IMG/VR virus record: IMGVR_UViG_3300029305_012101
Length of the DNA stretch: 64,000 nucleotides
Source: an uncultured virus (IMG/VR IMGVR_UViG_3300029305_012101)
Lineage: Duplodnaviria; Heunggongvirae; Uroviricota; Caudoviricetes
Reading direction: 5' to 3' (one strand)
Shown one piece after another: positions 18,312-27,038 of the stretch. The position numbers were made by a program, and so were the translations under genes. The notes beneath the pieces were generated by a model. That model was given only the letters and a program-made list of their open reading frames with translations. It was not told the DNA's origin and did no database searches. Each line of letters starts with the position of its first letter. Position 1 is the first letter of the stretch.

Positions 18312-18376
18312 GGATGCGTCAGGTGAGAGACGGACCCTTCTCCGTCAGAAGGCCGTTCGATTCGGCCTCGCATCCA
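18312..18376 (+). ncRNA. D-armless tRNA-like structure
   Basis: GGATGCG/CGCATCC stem, GACGGA/TCCGTC stem, AGGCCG-TTCGATT-CGGCCT T arm. Confidence 0.45.
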
Positions 18377-18708
18377 TCATCATCCCGTTGAGTTTTGGCG
18401 ACCTCTCAACAAGGCCCACGAAGAGCGAAAAAAGGCGCTTCCCCTGTGCGCTGTGCGAAAGCGGCGGGCGGATATTTATAGATTGCGGCTGACCCCGGCC
18501 ATGTTAAAGTTTTTTACGGTTCCGACTGACGACACCAGCGGAGGGGTTGAGATGTACCGTGATCCCCCATGGCGTGACGCTGGCCTACCCCTGGGAGGCG
18601 TATGGATGTGGTGAGGTTCCGGCTGTCTGCGGACACGGCCGGAGAGTAGCAGGATGGTTGATGCTGATCGCCATGGGGATTGTGAAATTTTAGAAAGACG
18701 GTGACGCC

Positions 18709-20307
18709 ATGAATATACGACCGCAGCCGAAGCAGGAGGAGTTCCTGTCTTCCCCGGCGGATCTGGTGATCTATGGCGGAGCGGCTGGTGGCGGCAAGAC
18801 CTACGCCCTGCTGCTGGAGGAATGCCGCCACAGCGACAATCCGCGCTTCAACAGCGTGATCTTCCGCCGCAACAACACCCAGATCTTCACCAACGGCGGC
18901 TTGTGGGACTCCGCCATGGCTCTGCTGCCCCAGATCGGGGCCAGGCCCAAGAAGACGCCAAACCCTCAATTTACATTCCCCAGCGGCGCCAAGGTGGTTT
19001 TCGGCCACCTGGAGAGATATGCCGACTGTCTGAGTTATCAGGGCTCCCAGATCCCGCTGATCGCTTTTGACGAGCTGACCCACTTCGACGAGGATGTGTT
19101 CTGGTACATGTTTTCCCGTATCCGCTCCGATTCCGGCGTTGATGGCTATATCCGCGCCACGACCAACCCGGACCCGGATAGCTGGGTGCGGCAATTCATC
19201 GACTGGTGGATCGGTCCCAACGGCCTGGCAATCCCGGAGCGCAGCGGAAAGATCCGCTGGTTCATCCGCCTCAATGGTGAGGTGATCTGGGGAGAGGGGC
19301 GCATGGAGCTGCTGCGCTACCAGTTTGATGGCGAGATCCGGAAAGTGGACAAGAGCCATTGGGACAAGGATGAGCTTTTCATCCTGGACGAGAAGGACAG
19401 CAAGAAGCAGACGGTGATCCAGCCGGGCGAGGATGGCGTTCTGTACGTCATCACCGGAACACGGGAGTTTTTCCAGTGGGACGGCACCGAGTACCGGCAG
19501 CTGATCGGCCCCAAGAGCGCCACCTTCATCCTCTCCACCTTGCAGGACAACAAGATCCTGATGAAAAACGATCCCAGCTACCTGGCTAACCTGCAGGCCC
19601 TGCCCCTGGTGGAGCAGGAGCGGCTGCTGGGCGGCAACTGGGACATCCGGCCGGCGGCGGGCATGTACTTCCCCCGCAACAAGGTGACGCTGATCGACGA
19701 GATCCCGGATGATGTGACGCGATGGGTCCGGGCATGGGACCTGGCCGGCACCGAGGACAAAAAGCAGAACAATCCCGAGGATGGACCTGCCTACACGGCC
19801 GGCGTTCTGATCGGCCGGCGGAAGAGCGGCGGGTATGTGATCGCCGATGTGATCAACCTGCGGCTCAACTCCAGCGACGTGAGAAACACCGTTTTGAACA
19901 CGGCCAAGGCGGACAAGGCCGCCTATAAATCGAAATACCGGATCCGCATGAACCAGGACCCCGGCCAGGCCGGCAAGGATCAGGCGGATCAGTACATAAA
20001 GCTGCTGAGCGGCTTTTCCGTGAATGTGGAAAGAGAGAGCGGCAGCAAGGAGACCCGAGCGGAGCCGTTTTCCGCTCAGTGGATCGGCGTGAAGGGATCG
20101 GAAAAGGGCAACGTGTATGTACTCAATGCCCCATGGACATCGGCCTATCTGGCCCAGATGGATGGCTTCCCGGATCGCAAATTCAAGGACATGGCCGACG
20201 CCAGCAGCACCGGCTTCCTGGAGCTGGAGAAGATGGCCACCGGCAGCGGACCGCCCAAGAGCGACAGCCGCAGCGTGACGCTGAAGAGCAGCTACTGGCT
20301 GAAATAA
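18709..20307 (+). CDS. terL: Terminase large subunit
   Basis: Walker A GGAAGGGKT, Walker B IAFDELTH, ATTNP, nuclease RAWDLA...KDMADA. Confidence 0.95.
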   Translation: MNIRPQPKQEEFLSSPADLVIYGGAAGGGKTYALLLEECRHSDNPRFNSVIFRRNNTQIFTNGGLWDSAMALLPQIGARPKKTPNPQFTFPSGAKVVFGHLERYADCLSYQGSQIPLIAFDELTHFDEDVFWYMFSRIRSDSGVDGYIRATTNPDPDSWVRQFIDWWIGPNGLAIPERSGKIRWFIRLNGEVIWGEGRMELLRYQFDGEIRKVDKSHWDKDELFILDEKDSKKQTVIQPGEDGVLYVITGTREFFQWDGTEYRQLIGPKSATFILSTLQDNKILMKNDPSYLANLQALPLVEQERLLGGNWDIRPAAGMYFPRNKVTLIDEIPDDVTRWVRAWDLAGTEDKKQNNPEDGPAYTAGVLIGRRKSGGYVIADVINLRLNSSDVRNTVLNTAKADKAAYKSKYRIRMNQDPGQAGKDQADQYIKLLSGFSVNVERESGSKETRAEPFSAQWIGVKGSEKGNVYVLNAPWTSAYLAQMDGFPDRKFKDMADASSTGFLELEKMATGSGPPKSDSRSVTLKSSYWLK

Positions 20308-20322
20308 AGGAGGAAAGATCAA

Positions 20323-21912
20323 ATGTCAAAAGAGATCGGCCGGATAGGCCAACTTAGATATGGTCCTGCGGGATCCGGCAGCATCTTCTTCGAGGAATTC
20401 CTGCATGAGCTGCGGGGCACCAAGGGCGTTCAGGCCTACACAGAGATGGCCGACAACGACGCCACGGTGGGCGCGATCCTGTTTGCCATCGAGATGCTGA
20501 TGCGGCAGTGCGAATTCCACATTGAGCCCGGCGGCGAATCCGCCAAGGACAAGGAATGCGCGGAGTTTGTGGAAAGCTGCATGGACGACATGGAGCGGAC
20601 ATGGGCGGACACAATCTCTGAAATCCTGTCTTTCCTGACCTACGGCTGGAGCTACCATGAGATCGTGTACAAGCGCCGGGTGGGCAAGACCACATCCCCC
20701 ATCACCAACAGCAAACACGCCGACGGCCTGATCGGATGGCGGAAGCTGCCGATCCGCAGCCAGGACACCCTGTATGGCTGGGAGTACAAGGACGACAGCG
20801 ATGATCTGATCGGTATGACCCAGGTTCCCCCGCCCACCTTCAAAAAAGTAACCATCCCCATCGAAAAGGCCCTCCACTTCCGCACCAGGAGCCGCAAGGA
20901 CAACCCGGAAGGCCGATCCATCCTCCGTACCGCATACCGCGCCTACTATTTCAAGAAGCGGCTGGAGGAGATCGAAGGCTACGGCATGGAGCGCGATCTG
21001 GCCGGCTTCCCGGTGCTGTATGGCCCCGAGGGGCTGGATCTGTGGGATGAGAGCGATCAGGAGATGGCCCAGGCCCTGGCCCAGGCGGAAATGATCGTTT
21101 CCAGCATACGCAGAGACGCCAGAGAGGGCCTGGTCCTCCCCGGAGGCGAGAATGGCTGGAAGCTGGAGCTTGTGTCCTCCGGCAGCCGCCGGCAGTTCGA
21201 CACCAACGCCATTATCGACCGCTATGACAAGCGGATCGCAACCAGTGTCCTGGCAGACTTTGTGATGCTGGGCCAGAATGCCGTGGGCAGCTTCGCCCTG
21301 GCAGACACCAAGACGCAGATCTTCGCCCTGGCCATCGGCACCTATCTGGACGTGATCTGCGAGGTTTTCAACAACCAGGCCATCCCCCGGCTGATCGACA
21401 TCAACGGCGATCACTTCAAGGGGATCTCCGACTATCCCAAGATGGTCCACGGCGACATCGAGGAGAAGGATCTGACCCAGTTTGCCACCTACATCAAGGA
21501 GATGGTGGGCGTGGGCGTTCTGGTGCCTGATGAAGAGCTGGAGAAGGAGATCCGCCGCATCGGCGGCCTGCCGGAGAAGATGGAGACCGATGTGCCGCCC
21601 GGCGGTATGCCCGGGATGCCCGGCGAGGAGGAGCCCGGCGCAGACGAGATGGAGAGCAAATCCATCTACAAGATCACCAGCATCCTGGACAAATACCAGA
21701 GCGGCAAATCCACCCGGAACACTGCTGCCCGCCTGCTGCAGTCCATCGGTCTGGATGAGGAGCAGATCGACTTCTATCTGAAAGAGGCGGATCTGAGCCG
21801 CCAGGAGCAGGAGAAGGCGGATGCGGAGAAGGAAGCCGCCAAGGCCAGAGCCAAGGCGGACAAGAAGGACGCGAAAGAGGCGGAAGAGGCCAAAAAGAGC
21901 CTGGGACGATAA
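20323..21912 (+). CDS. Portal protein
   Basis: Follows TerL; NPEGRSILRTAY, GMERDLAGFPV, AIPRLIDIN. Confidence 0.88.
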   Translation: MSKEIGRIGQLRYGPAGSGSIFFEEFLHELRGTKGVQAYTEMADNDATVGAILFAIEMLMRQCEFHIEPGGESAKDKECAEFVESCMDDMERTWADTISEILSFLTYGWSYHEIVYKRRVGKTTSPITNSKHADGLIGWRKLPIRSQDTLYGWEYKDDSDDLIGMTQVPPPTFKKVTIPIEKALHFRTRSRKDNPEGRSILRTAYRAYYFKKRLEEIEGYGMERDLAGFPVLYGPEGLDLWDESDQEMAQALAQAEMIVSSIRRDAREGLVLPGGENGWKLELVSSGSRRQFDTNAIIDRYDKRIATSVLADFVMLGQNAVGSFALADTKTQIFALAIGTYLDVICEVFNNQAIPRLIDINGDHFKGISDYPKMVHGDIEEKDLTQFATYIKEMVGVGVLVPDEELEKEIRRIGGLPEKMETDVPPGGMPGMPGEEEPGADEMESKSIYKITSILDKYQSGKSTRNTAARLLQSIGLDEEQIDFYLKEADLSRQEQEKADAEKEAAKARAKADKKDAKEAEEAKKSLGR

Positions 21913-21927
21913 AACGGAGGTAACACC

Positions 21928-22653
21928 ATGAACACTGTGAGAGGCAGCACGACAAGCGAAACCAGACTAATCAAGGCGATTCAGACGGTCATCGGCTCTT
22001 ATGCCGACGGCCTGATCGGTTCTCAGACCATGGTAGATCTGGCCGTCAAGCTCAAAGCAAACTGCTTCCCCCTGACAGTACAGCTCTACGGCCAGCCGGT
22101 GATCGTCTGCAAGGACATCACCATCAGCAACCCGGCCAAGGGCTGCGGCAGCTTTGAAAACAGCCTGAGCGGCAGCTTCAGCTACCTGAAGAAGCCCTGC
22201 TCCATTCTGATCAACAACGGCCAGACGGTGTACGGTGCCTCCTGCCATGCCCACATTGACAAGCCGGAGAGCGTTCTGTACCGGCTGGCAAATGGCAGCT
22301 TTGGTATAAAACGGACCATCAGCTCCGCAGCTCTTCCCTCCGGCGTCCGCTGGGCGGTGGGCGGTCTGGGCCTGCTGGCCAACTACAACCCCGCTGCGGA
22401 GGGCTTCACCGGCGCCTACAGCGACGTGCTCCGGCTCACCAACCACACCATGATCGGCTGCAAGAACGGCATGGTCTACCTGTGCTACTGCAAATCCATG
22501 ACCGGCAGCCAGGTCAACGAGTTCGCCAAGAAGCTGGGCCTGGAGTACGCTATTATGCTGGATGGCGGCCATGTGGCGGCCATCAACGGCGAGGAGAGCT
22601 TCGCCAAGATCAACACCAAACAGGCGCAGTATTATCTCATTCAGGGGAAATAA
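21928..22653 (+). CDS. Peptidoglycan-binding plus phosphodiester glycosidase (NAGPA)-like protein
   Basis: IKAIQTVIGSYADGLIGSQT; HTMIG...LGLEYAIMLDGG. Confidence 0.6.
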   Translation: MNTVRGSTTSETRLIKAIQTVIGSYADGLIGSQTMVDLAVKLKANCFPLTVQLYGQPVIVCKDITISNPAKGCGSFENSLSGSFSYLKKPCSILINNGQTVYGASCHAHIDKPESVLYRLANGSFGIKRTISSAALPSGVRWAVGGLGLLANYNPAAEGFTGAYSDVLRLTNHTMIGCKNGMVYLCYCKSMTGSQVNEFAKKLGLEYAIMLDGGHVAAINGEESFAKINTKQAQYYLIQGK

Positions 22654-22673
22654 CCGAGGAAGGATGAGAGCCC

Positions 22674-23669
22674 ATGGGCTACACATTCAAGAAGATCACC
22701 TACCCGGTGCAGAAGCGCCGCGGACCCGCCCCGAAGACCATTGCAGCCGCCCAGGAGACCCTGAAGCGGCTGCGGTCCTTCCTGGACCGGGAGGAGCCGG
22801 AGCTGGTGTATTTCCTGGTCAACCTGCGGGGCGCCCAGGGTAAGGCGATCACCTACAAGGAGCTGCGGCAGGCCATCCTTGCCGGCGTCATCGATGAGAA
22901 CCTGCTGGAGGAATGGCGGCAGGACTATGTGAAATTCGTCAAGGAGCACTTGGAGCCGAAGTGGATTGAGGCCATGGAGGAGGCGGCGGAGGAGATCCGC
23001 CAGAAATACCCGGAGTGGTTTTTCGATCCCATGGGCGACGGCGTGAAGACCTGGACGGAGCAGCGGTCCGCGGATTTTGTCACCAGCGTGACGGAGAACC
23101 AGATCGAGGGCCTGCGGGCCGTTGTCAGGAGAGCGGCCGTTTTGGAGAACATGAGCGTGGACCTGCTGGCCAGGGCGATCCGGCCCATGGTGGGACTCTA
23201 CCACCAGCAGAGCGTGGCCAATCTGAAATACTTCGAGAGTCTGCTGGCCAACGGCGTCAGCAACCGGAAGGCGTTGGAGATGTCCACCCGCTACGCGGCC
23301 AGGATGCACCGCTACCGCGGCTATCTGATCGCCAGGACGGAGCTTGCCTTCGCCTACAACCAGGGCAGCTACGAGGGCACCAAGCAGGCCCAGGAGGCCG
23401 GCTACATGGGCGTGGTGATCAAACGGTGGTGTACCGCCGACGATGAGCGCGTCTGTGACGTATGCGGCAGCCTGGAGGGCAAGGTGATCGACATCGACGA
23501 GGACTTCTACTATGATCTGAAGGATCTGGACGGCCACGTCATCGGACGGCGCAGGATCAACCACAAGCTGATGGATGAGCCCCAGACCGGAATGGTCCCC
23601 CCTGCCCATCCCAGCTGCCGGTGTACCGTGATGTATGAGGAGATCGAGCCACCGGAGATGTACAGATGA
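22674..23669 (+). CDS. MuF / SPP1 gp7-like head morphogenesis protein (short form, no toxin extension)
   Basis: LIARTELAFAYNQG, KRWCTADDERVCDVC, PPAHPSCRC. Confidence 0.9.
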   Translation: MGYTFKKITYPVQKRRGPAPKTIAAAQETLKRLRSFLDREEPELVYFLVNLRGAQGKAITYKELRQAILAGVIDENLLEEWRQDYVKFVKEHLEPKWIEAMEEAAEEIRQKYPEWFFDPMGDGVKTWTEQRSADFVTSVTENQIEGLRAVVRRAAVLENMSVDLLARAIRPMVGLYHQQSVANLKYFESLLANGVSNRKALEMSTRYAARMHRYRGYLIARTELAFAYNQGSYEGTKQAQEAGYMGVVIKRWCTADDERVCDVCGSLEGKVIDIDEDFYYDLKDLDGHVIGRRRINHKLMDEPQTGMVPPAHPSCRCTVMYEEIEPPEMYR

Positions 23670-23702
23670 GAAAACCCCCGCCCGGGATGGGTGGGGGTTT
23701 TG
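23670..23702. terminator. Bidirectional terminator
   Basis: AAAACCCCCGCCC-GGGAT-GGGTGGGGGTTTT between convergent genes. Confidence 0.75.
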
Positions 23703-23704
23703 TG

Positions 23705-24448
23705 TCAGTATGGTTCTTTTTTGATCCGCAGCAGGACGGCGATCAGCCGCTTGGCCAGCGAGCGCTGCTCTGCCTGGGAGATGATCAGATCATACCGGGC
23801 GAGAAGATCCGCTTTTTGCTGAGACAGGGCCTCCCTGGTGAGCCCGGAGCGGCGAAGATCCTTTTCCCGGAAGGTCAAGAGCTCATCCATGGTGGCCAGC
23901 AGATAATCCAGATACTTTTTTGCGGTGGTCGGATCATCGGTGGTATTTACGATGGCCTGGAACTTTTCCCGCTGCTCCAAAACCTGCTGCAGGTATGGTG
24001 CAGCTTTCTTTGCGTCATCGCTGCTCATCAGATACCAAAGGATGGACAAACCGCTCGCAGCGAACACAGCAAGGACGAAGAGCGCGACACCAAGGCCGAT
24101 GGTGAAGAGAATGATAAGATCCAGGATGGCCATTGAGGACAGAATCGCTACAGCGACCGCTTCCTCTCCGGTAAGCGGCTTCTGGGGTGCAGCAGCTGCG
24201 ACAACAGGCGCGGACTTTCTTTTCGTGGCAGTCTGATGGTTGGCTTTGCGCTTTTTGCGCTTCCCGGAAGATTCCTTTACGAAGGAAAGCCCGGTGCCGG
24301 GAATATAGGCTGTGGTCCGGGTGCGGCCGGAGGCTGTTTTCGTGAAGCGGAAACCTTTGCGGCCCCAGCTGTAGCCAATTCCGCTCTTGCTGATGGTGAT
24401 CCGGGCGCCGCCGCCCAGGTTGATGCTTTTTCGATACCGGAAGCCCAT
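23705..24448 (-). CDS. DUF4236-domain membrane protein
   Basis: MGFRYRKSINLGGGARITISKSGIGYSWG...IPGTGLSF; two TM helices. Confidence 0.8.
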   Translation of the reverse strand: MGFRYRKSINLGGGARITISKSGIGYSWGRKGFRFTKTASGRTRTTAYIPGTGLSFVKESSGKRKKRKANHQTATKRKSAPVVAAAAPQKPLTGEEAVAVAILSSMAILDLIILFTIGLGVALFVLAVFAASGLSILWYLMSSDDAKKAAPYLQQVLEQREKFQAIVNTTDDPTTAKKYLDYLLATMDELLTFREKDLRRSGLTREALSQQKADLLARYDLIISQAEQRSLAKRLIAVLLRIKKEPY

Positions 24449-24451
24449 GGA

Positions 24452-24661
24452 TCAGTCCTCCCTTGTGTGTTCGATCAGATCCCCAGGCTGGCGATCCAGC
24501 AGGTTGCAGATGGCCTCCAGGCTGCTCCAGGATACGCCCTCCTTCTGCCGGAGTTTCTGGATGGTGGATTCGCTGAGCAGCTTGTCCTTGCGGAGGCGGC
24601 CGGTGTTATAGCCGGCGGCCCGCAGATCAGCCAGAACGTCGGTTTTATAGCGCAATGCCAT
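24452..24661 (-). CDS. Cro/C1-type HTH (HTH_26-like) regulator
   Basis: LLSESTIQKLR...SLEAICNLLDRQPGDLIE. Confidence 0.8.
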   Translation of the reverse strand: MALRYKTDVLADLRAAGYNTGRLRKDKLLSESTIQKLRQKEGVSWSSLEAICNLLDRQPGDLIEHTRED

Positions 24662-24685
24662 GGTATCTCCCCCCTCTTTTTTGAT

Positions 24686-24795
24686 TACACCGATTATAGC
24701 GCAGATTCTACACGGAAACAAGTGTACAAAATCACCAAAGATCAACACCGAAGTTCGTGCATTCTGTCAATATACATTACACGATAAAAGGTGTA
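24686..24795. promoter_or_regulatory. Operator array TACAC-N8-GTGTA
   Basis: Perfect at 24709-24726 and 24778-24795; imperfect at 24686 and 24744. Confidence 0.65.
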
Positions 24796-24864
24796 AAATA
24801 CAAGTGTAGTGAGGGGGGCGTGATCCCCCGGATGAGAGAGGCCTGATGGCCGGGAGGAAATGAC

Positions 24865-25086
24865 ATGAGCAGCAAGTATGAATGGTTCCCCATCGAGGAG
24901 ATGGATCTGGAAGACGGCACCCACACCGGGTATGCGGCCAAGGATCGCAACGGCGAATTGATCTGGATCACCCAGATCTCCGACGACACCTGGGATGTGG
25001 AGGTCAAAGTGGCTGATTACTTTGTCACCCTGGTCAACTGCAAGACCCTTACCTCTGCCAAGCGCTGGGTTGCCAGATACCTGTAA
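24865..25086 (+). CDS. Small acidic hypothetical protein
   Basis: GGAGG RBS. Confidence 0.65.
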   Translation: MSSKYEWFPIEEMDLEDGTHTGYAAKDRNGELIWITQISDDTWDVEVKVADYFVTLVNCKTLTSAKRWVARYL

Positions 25087-25137
25087 ACCGCTCTTGTTCC
25101 GCCAGGATAATGTGATCAAAAACAAGGAGGAAACGAC

Positions 25138-25299
25138 ATGAAAAAGTACAGCACTCAGGAAGTGATCGACATGGCTGCCGATTTCTACGACAGAGGGATC
25201 CTCACCCGCGTTGGTGTCAGGCGTTTTCTGGAGAGCCTGCTTGACACCGGCAGTGCGGAGTTCGATCTGTACAGTGTGTACGACCTGATCGTCGGCTGA
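25138..25299 (+). CDS. Small hypothetical protein (53 aa, not in ORF track)
   Basis: AAGGAGG RBS, MKKYSTQEVIDMAADFYDRG... Confidence 0.6.
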   Translation: MKKYSTQEVIDMAADFYDRGILTRVGVRRFLESLLDTGSAEFDLYSVYDLIVG

Positions 25300-25367
25300 C
25301 CCCGCGCCCCTGCTCCGGTCGGGCAATAGGCTGGAGCCCATGAGATCAAATTGAGGAGGTTTTCACT

Positions 25368-25595
25368 TTGAAAATTATTGACTACACCCTGTACATCCAC
25401 CGCTATCGCCGCCACCTATCCTTCGACAAAGTCGAAGATCTGCGCGAGGAGCTGAGCGGCTACTTCACCAAGAGCGAAATCGCAAGCGGTATCGTAGACC
25501 GACTCACAGACTTCAGCCACAAGCGCCCCCGTGACGGCATCATCACCAACAGTTATCAGGACATCGAAGTGTCTTGCTATGTAGAGGAGGAATGA
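25368..25595 (+). CDS. Hypothetical protein
   Basis: GAGGAGG RBS, TTG start. Confidence 0.6.
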   Translation: MKIIDYTLYIHRYRRHLSFDKVEDLREELSGYFTKSEIASGIVDRLTDFSHKRPRDGIITNSYQDIEVSCYVEEE

Positions 25596-25810
25596 CCATG
25601 TATCTGTTCGAGATCATCAACGATCACTTTGAGGTGGGCCAGCGCTACATCGGCAGGAATAACGGCGTGAGGCTGGTTGTGGACAGAGTCCAGGAGGTGG
25701 GCGGCAGGGCGAATCGCCCCATGGTCCATTTCCGCGATGAGAAGAGCGGCAGGATCCTGATCCATGATCTGGAGACGGCGAAGCGGCTGCAGCTGCAGTT
25801 GGTGAAGTGA
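25592..25810 (+). CDS. Hypothetical protein
   Basis: Coupled, GAGGAGG RBS. Confidence 0.6.
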   Translation: MTMYLFEIINDHFEVGQRYIGRNNGVRLVVDRVQEVGGRANRPMVHFRDEKSGRILIHDLETAKRLQLQLVK

Positions 25811-25821
25811 GGAGGGGCGCC

Positions 25822-25989
25822 ATGAAAATTCCGAAATACGTCAGAACCGGGGACGGGTATATCGGCGTCCTGGTGAAGATTGATGACATCGGCCCGCTCT
25901 ACCGGTTCCCCGGTGGGGTCCGCTATTCGGATCAGTGGGAGATTGCCAATGGCAGCGACAATCGAGAGGATCTGGAGGGAAAGGAATGA
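25822..25989 (+). CDS. Hypothetical protein
   Basis: GAGGAGG RBS. Confidence 0.55.
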   Translation: MKIPKYVRTGDGYIGVLVKIDDIGPLYRFPGGVRYSDQWEIANGSDNREDLEGKE

Positions 25990-26252
25990 AGTACAGAGCA
26001 GTGGCCACCCTGACCGACGGGGTGAAGCTGTGGGACGTGATCATCTACAGCGAGTACGGATCCATGGAGGCGGCCCTGGAAGGCGCCCGCCTCTTCGCCT
26101 CCCACGGCTACGACATCGCGAAGCTGCGGATCGAGCGGGTGGAGGAGGACGGCATCGGCTGCGGTCTGTGCAGGCACTGGGACAAGCGGCTGTGCCATGA
26201 GCCCTGCGCGTCCTGCCGGCACTACAGCAATTTTGAGCGGAGGGAGGGATGA
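25986..26252 (+). CDS. Hypothetical protein with C-terminal Cys cluster
   Basis: CGLC...PCASC. Confidence 0.55.
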   Translation: MKYRAVATLTDGVKLWDVIIYSEYGSMEAALEGARLFASHGYDIAKLRIERVEEDGIGCGLCRHWDKRLCHEPCASCRHYSNFERREG

Positions 26253-26255
26253 TCG

Positions 26256-26477
26256 ATGGCGTTCGGTGATACGATCATGTTCTGGAAGCCTGAAGGCGAT
26301 CTCACTTTGTTTCATTGCCCGTTTTGCGGTGAGCATAATGTCGTATATGAGAAATACCAACATGCAGTTGGGGAGCGGTGGCGAGTAGTATGTCTGAGCT
26401 GCTGCGCCTCTGTGGATCCTGGATATGCTCAGGAGCGCCATGTGGTGAAGGAGATGTGGAATAAGAGGAGCAAATGA
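26256..26477 (+). CDS. Lar-like restriction alleviation Zn-ribbon protein
   Basis: CPFCG...VVCLSC...WNKR. Confidence 0.7.
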   Translation: MAFGDTIMFWKPEGDLTLFHCPFCGEHNVVYEKYQHAVGERWRVVCLSCCASVDPGYAQERHVVKEMWNKRSK

Positions 26478-26947
26478 TGGAAATCAAAATTGATGTTAGC
26501 AATTATCTGACCCATGAGGAAATCAAGGAAGAATGCAGAATGGCTATTCGTAGCATTATCAAAGAGCAGTTCTCCAAGGAAAGTCAGATTCAGCGGCTTA
26601 TTTCCAATTTAGGATATGAGTTCATTTTCGAGGCTGTTTCACAGGAAATGGGAATGGATGCGCGGGAGGCAATCTCTGAGGTCGTTTTTGACCTTGCAAG
26701 TGATGTGAGCCATATTCGATATGAAATGTGGCGCAGAAAAGATGCGTGGGAAAGAACGGAGTCTCCGGCGATTACGATCATGAACGAAGCGATCAAGGAG
26801 AACAGGGATTTTATCGAGGCCAGCGTAAGGGCGGCAATTAAGGAATTTGAGTTCCCTGATGTGCGGCAAGCGATGTACGACATGGCACAAGAGGTTATCT
26901 ATGAAAAGCTGTTTGGAGGGAACGGAGATGATGGAGGGCTGACCTGA
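26474..26947 (+). CDS. Hypothetical protein
   Basis: Coupled, GAGGAG RBS, AT-richer. Confidence 0.65.
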   Translation: MMEIKIDVSNYLTHEEIKEECRMAIRSIIKEQFSKESQIQRLISNLGYEFIFEAVSQEMGMDAREAISEVVFDLASDVSHIRYEMWRRKDAWERTESPAITIMNEAIKENRDFIEASVRAAIKEFEFPDVRQAMYDMAQEVIYEKLFGGNGDDGGLT

Positions 26948-26971
26948 TGGTCGGCCCTTTTCCCTTCCCGG

Positions 26972-27006
26972 GTGCAACCAGAGAAGCCGGCCGCCGGTGA
27001 TATATT
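26972..27006 (+). promoter_or_regulatory. Putative late promoter 2 (GTGCAACC-N21-TATATT)
   Basis: Shared motif and spacing; precedes cargo locus. Confidence 0.65.
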
Positions 27007-27038
27007 GGAAAGAGAATTATCATCAGGAGGGCGGCGTG

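Noticed and set aside
16923..18492. ORFs called across the tRNA cluster (16923, 17767, 17820, 18268)
   Set aside because: They overlap tRNAs or hairpins, lack RBSs and have atypical composition.
18514..20322. 602-aa minus-strand ORF
   Set aside because: Antisense to terminase; same shadow artefact.
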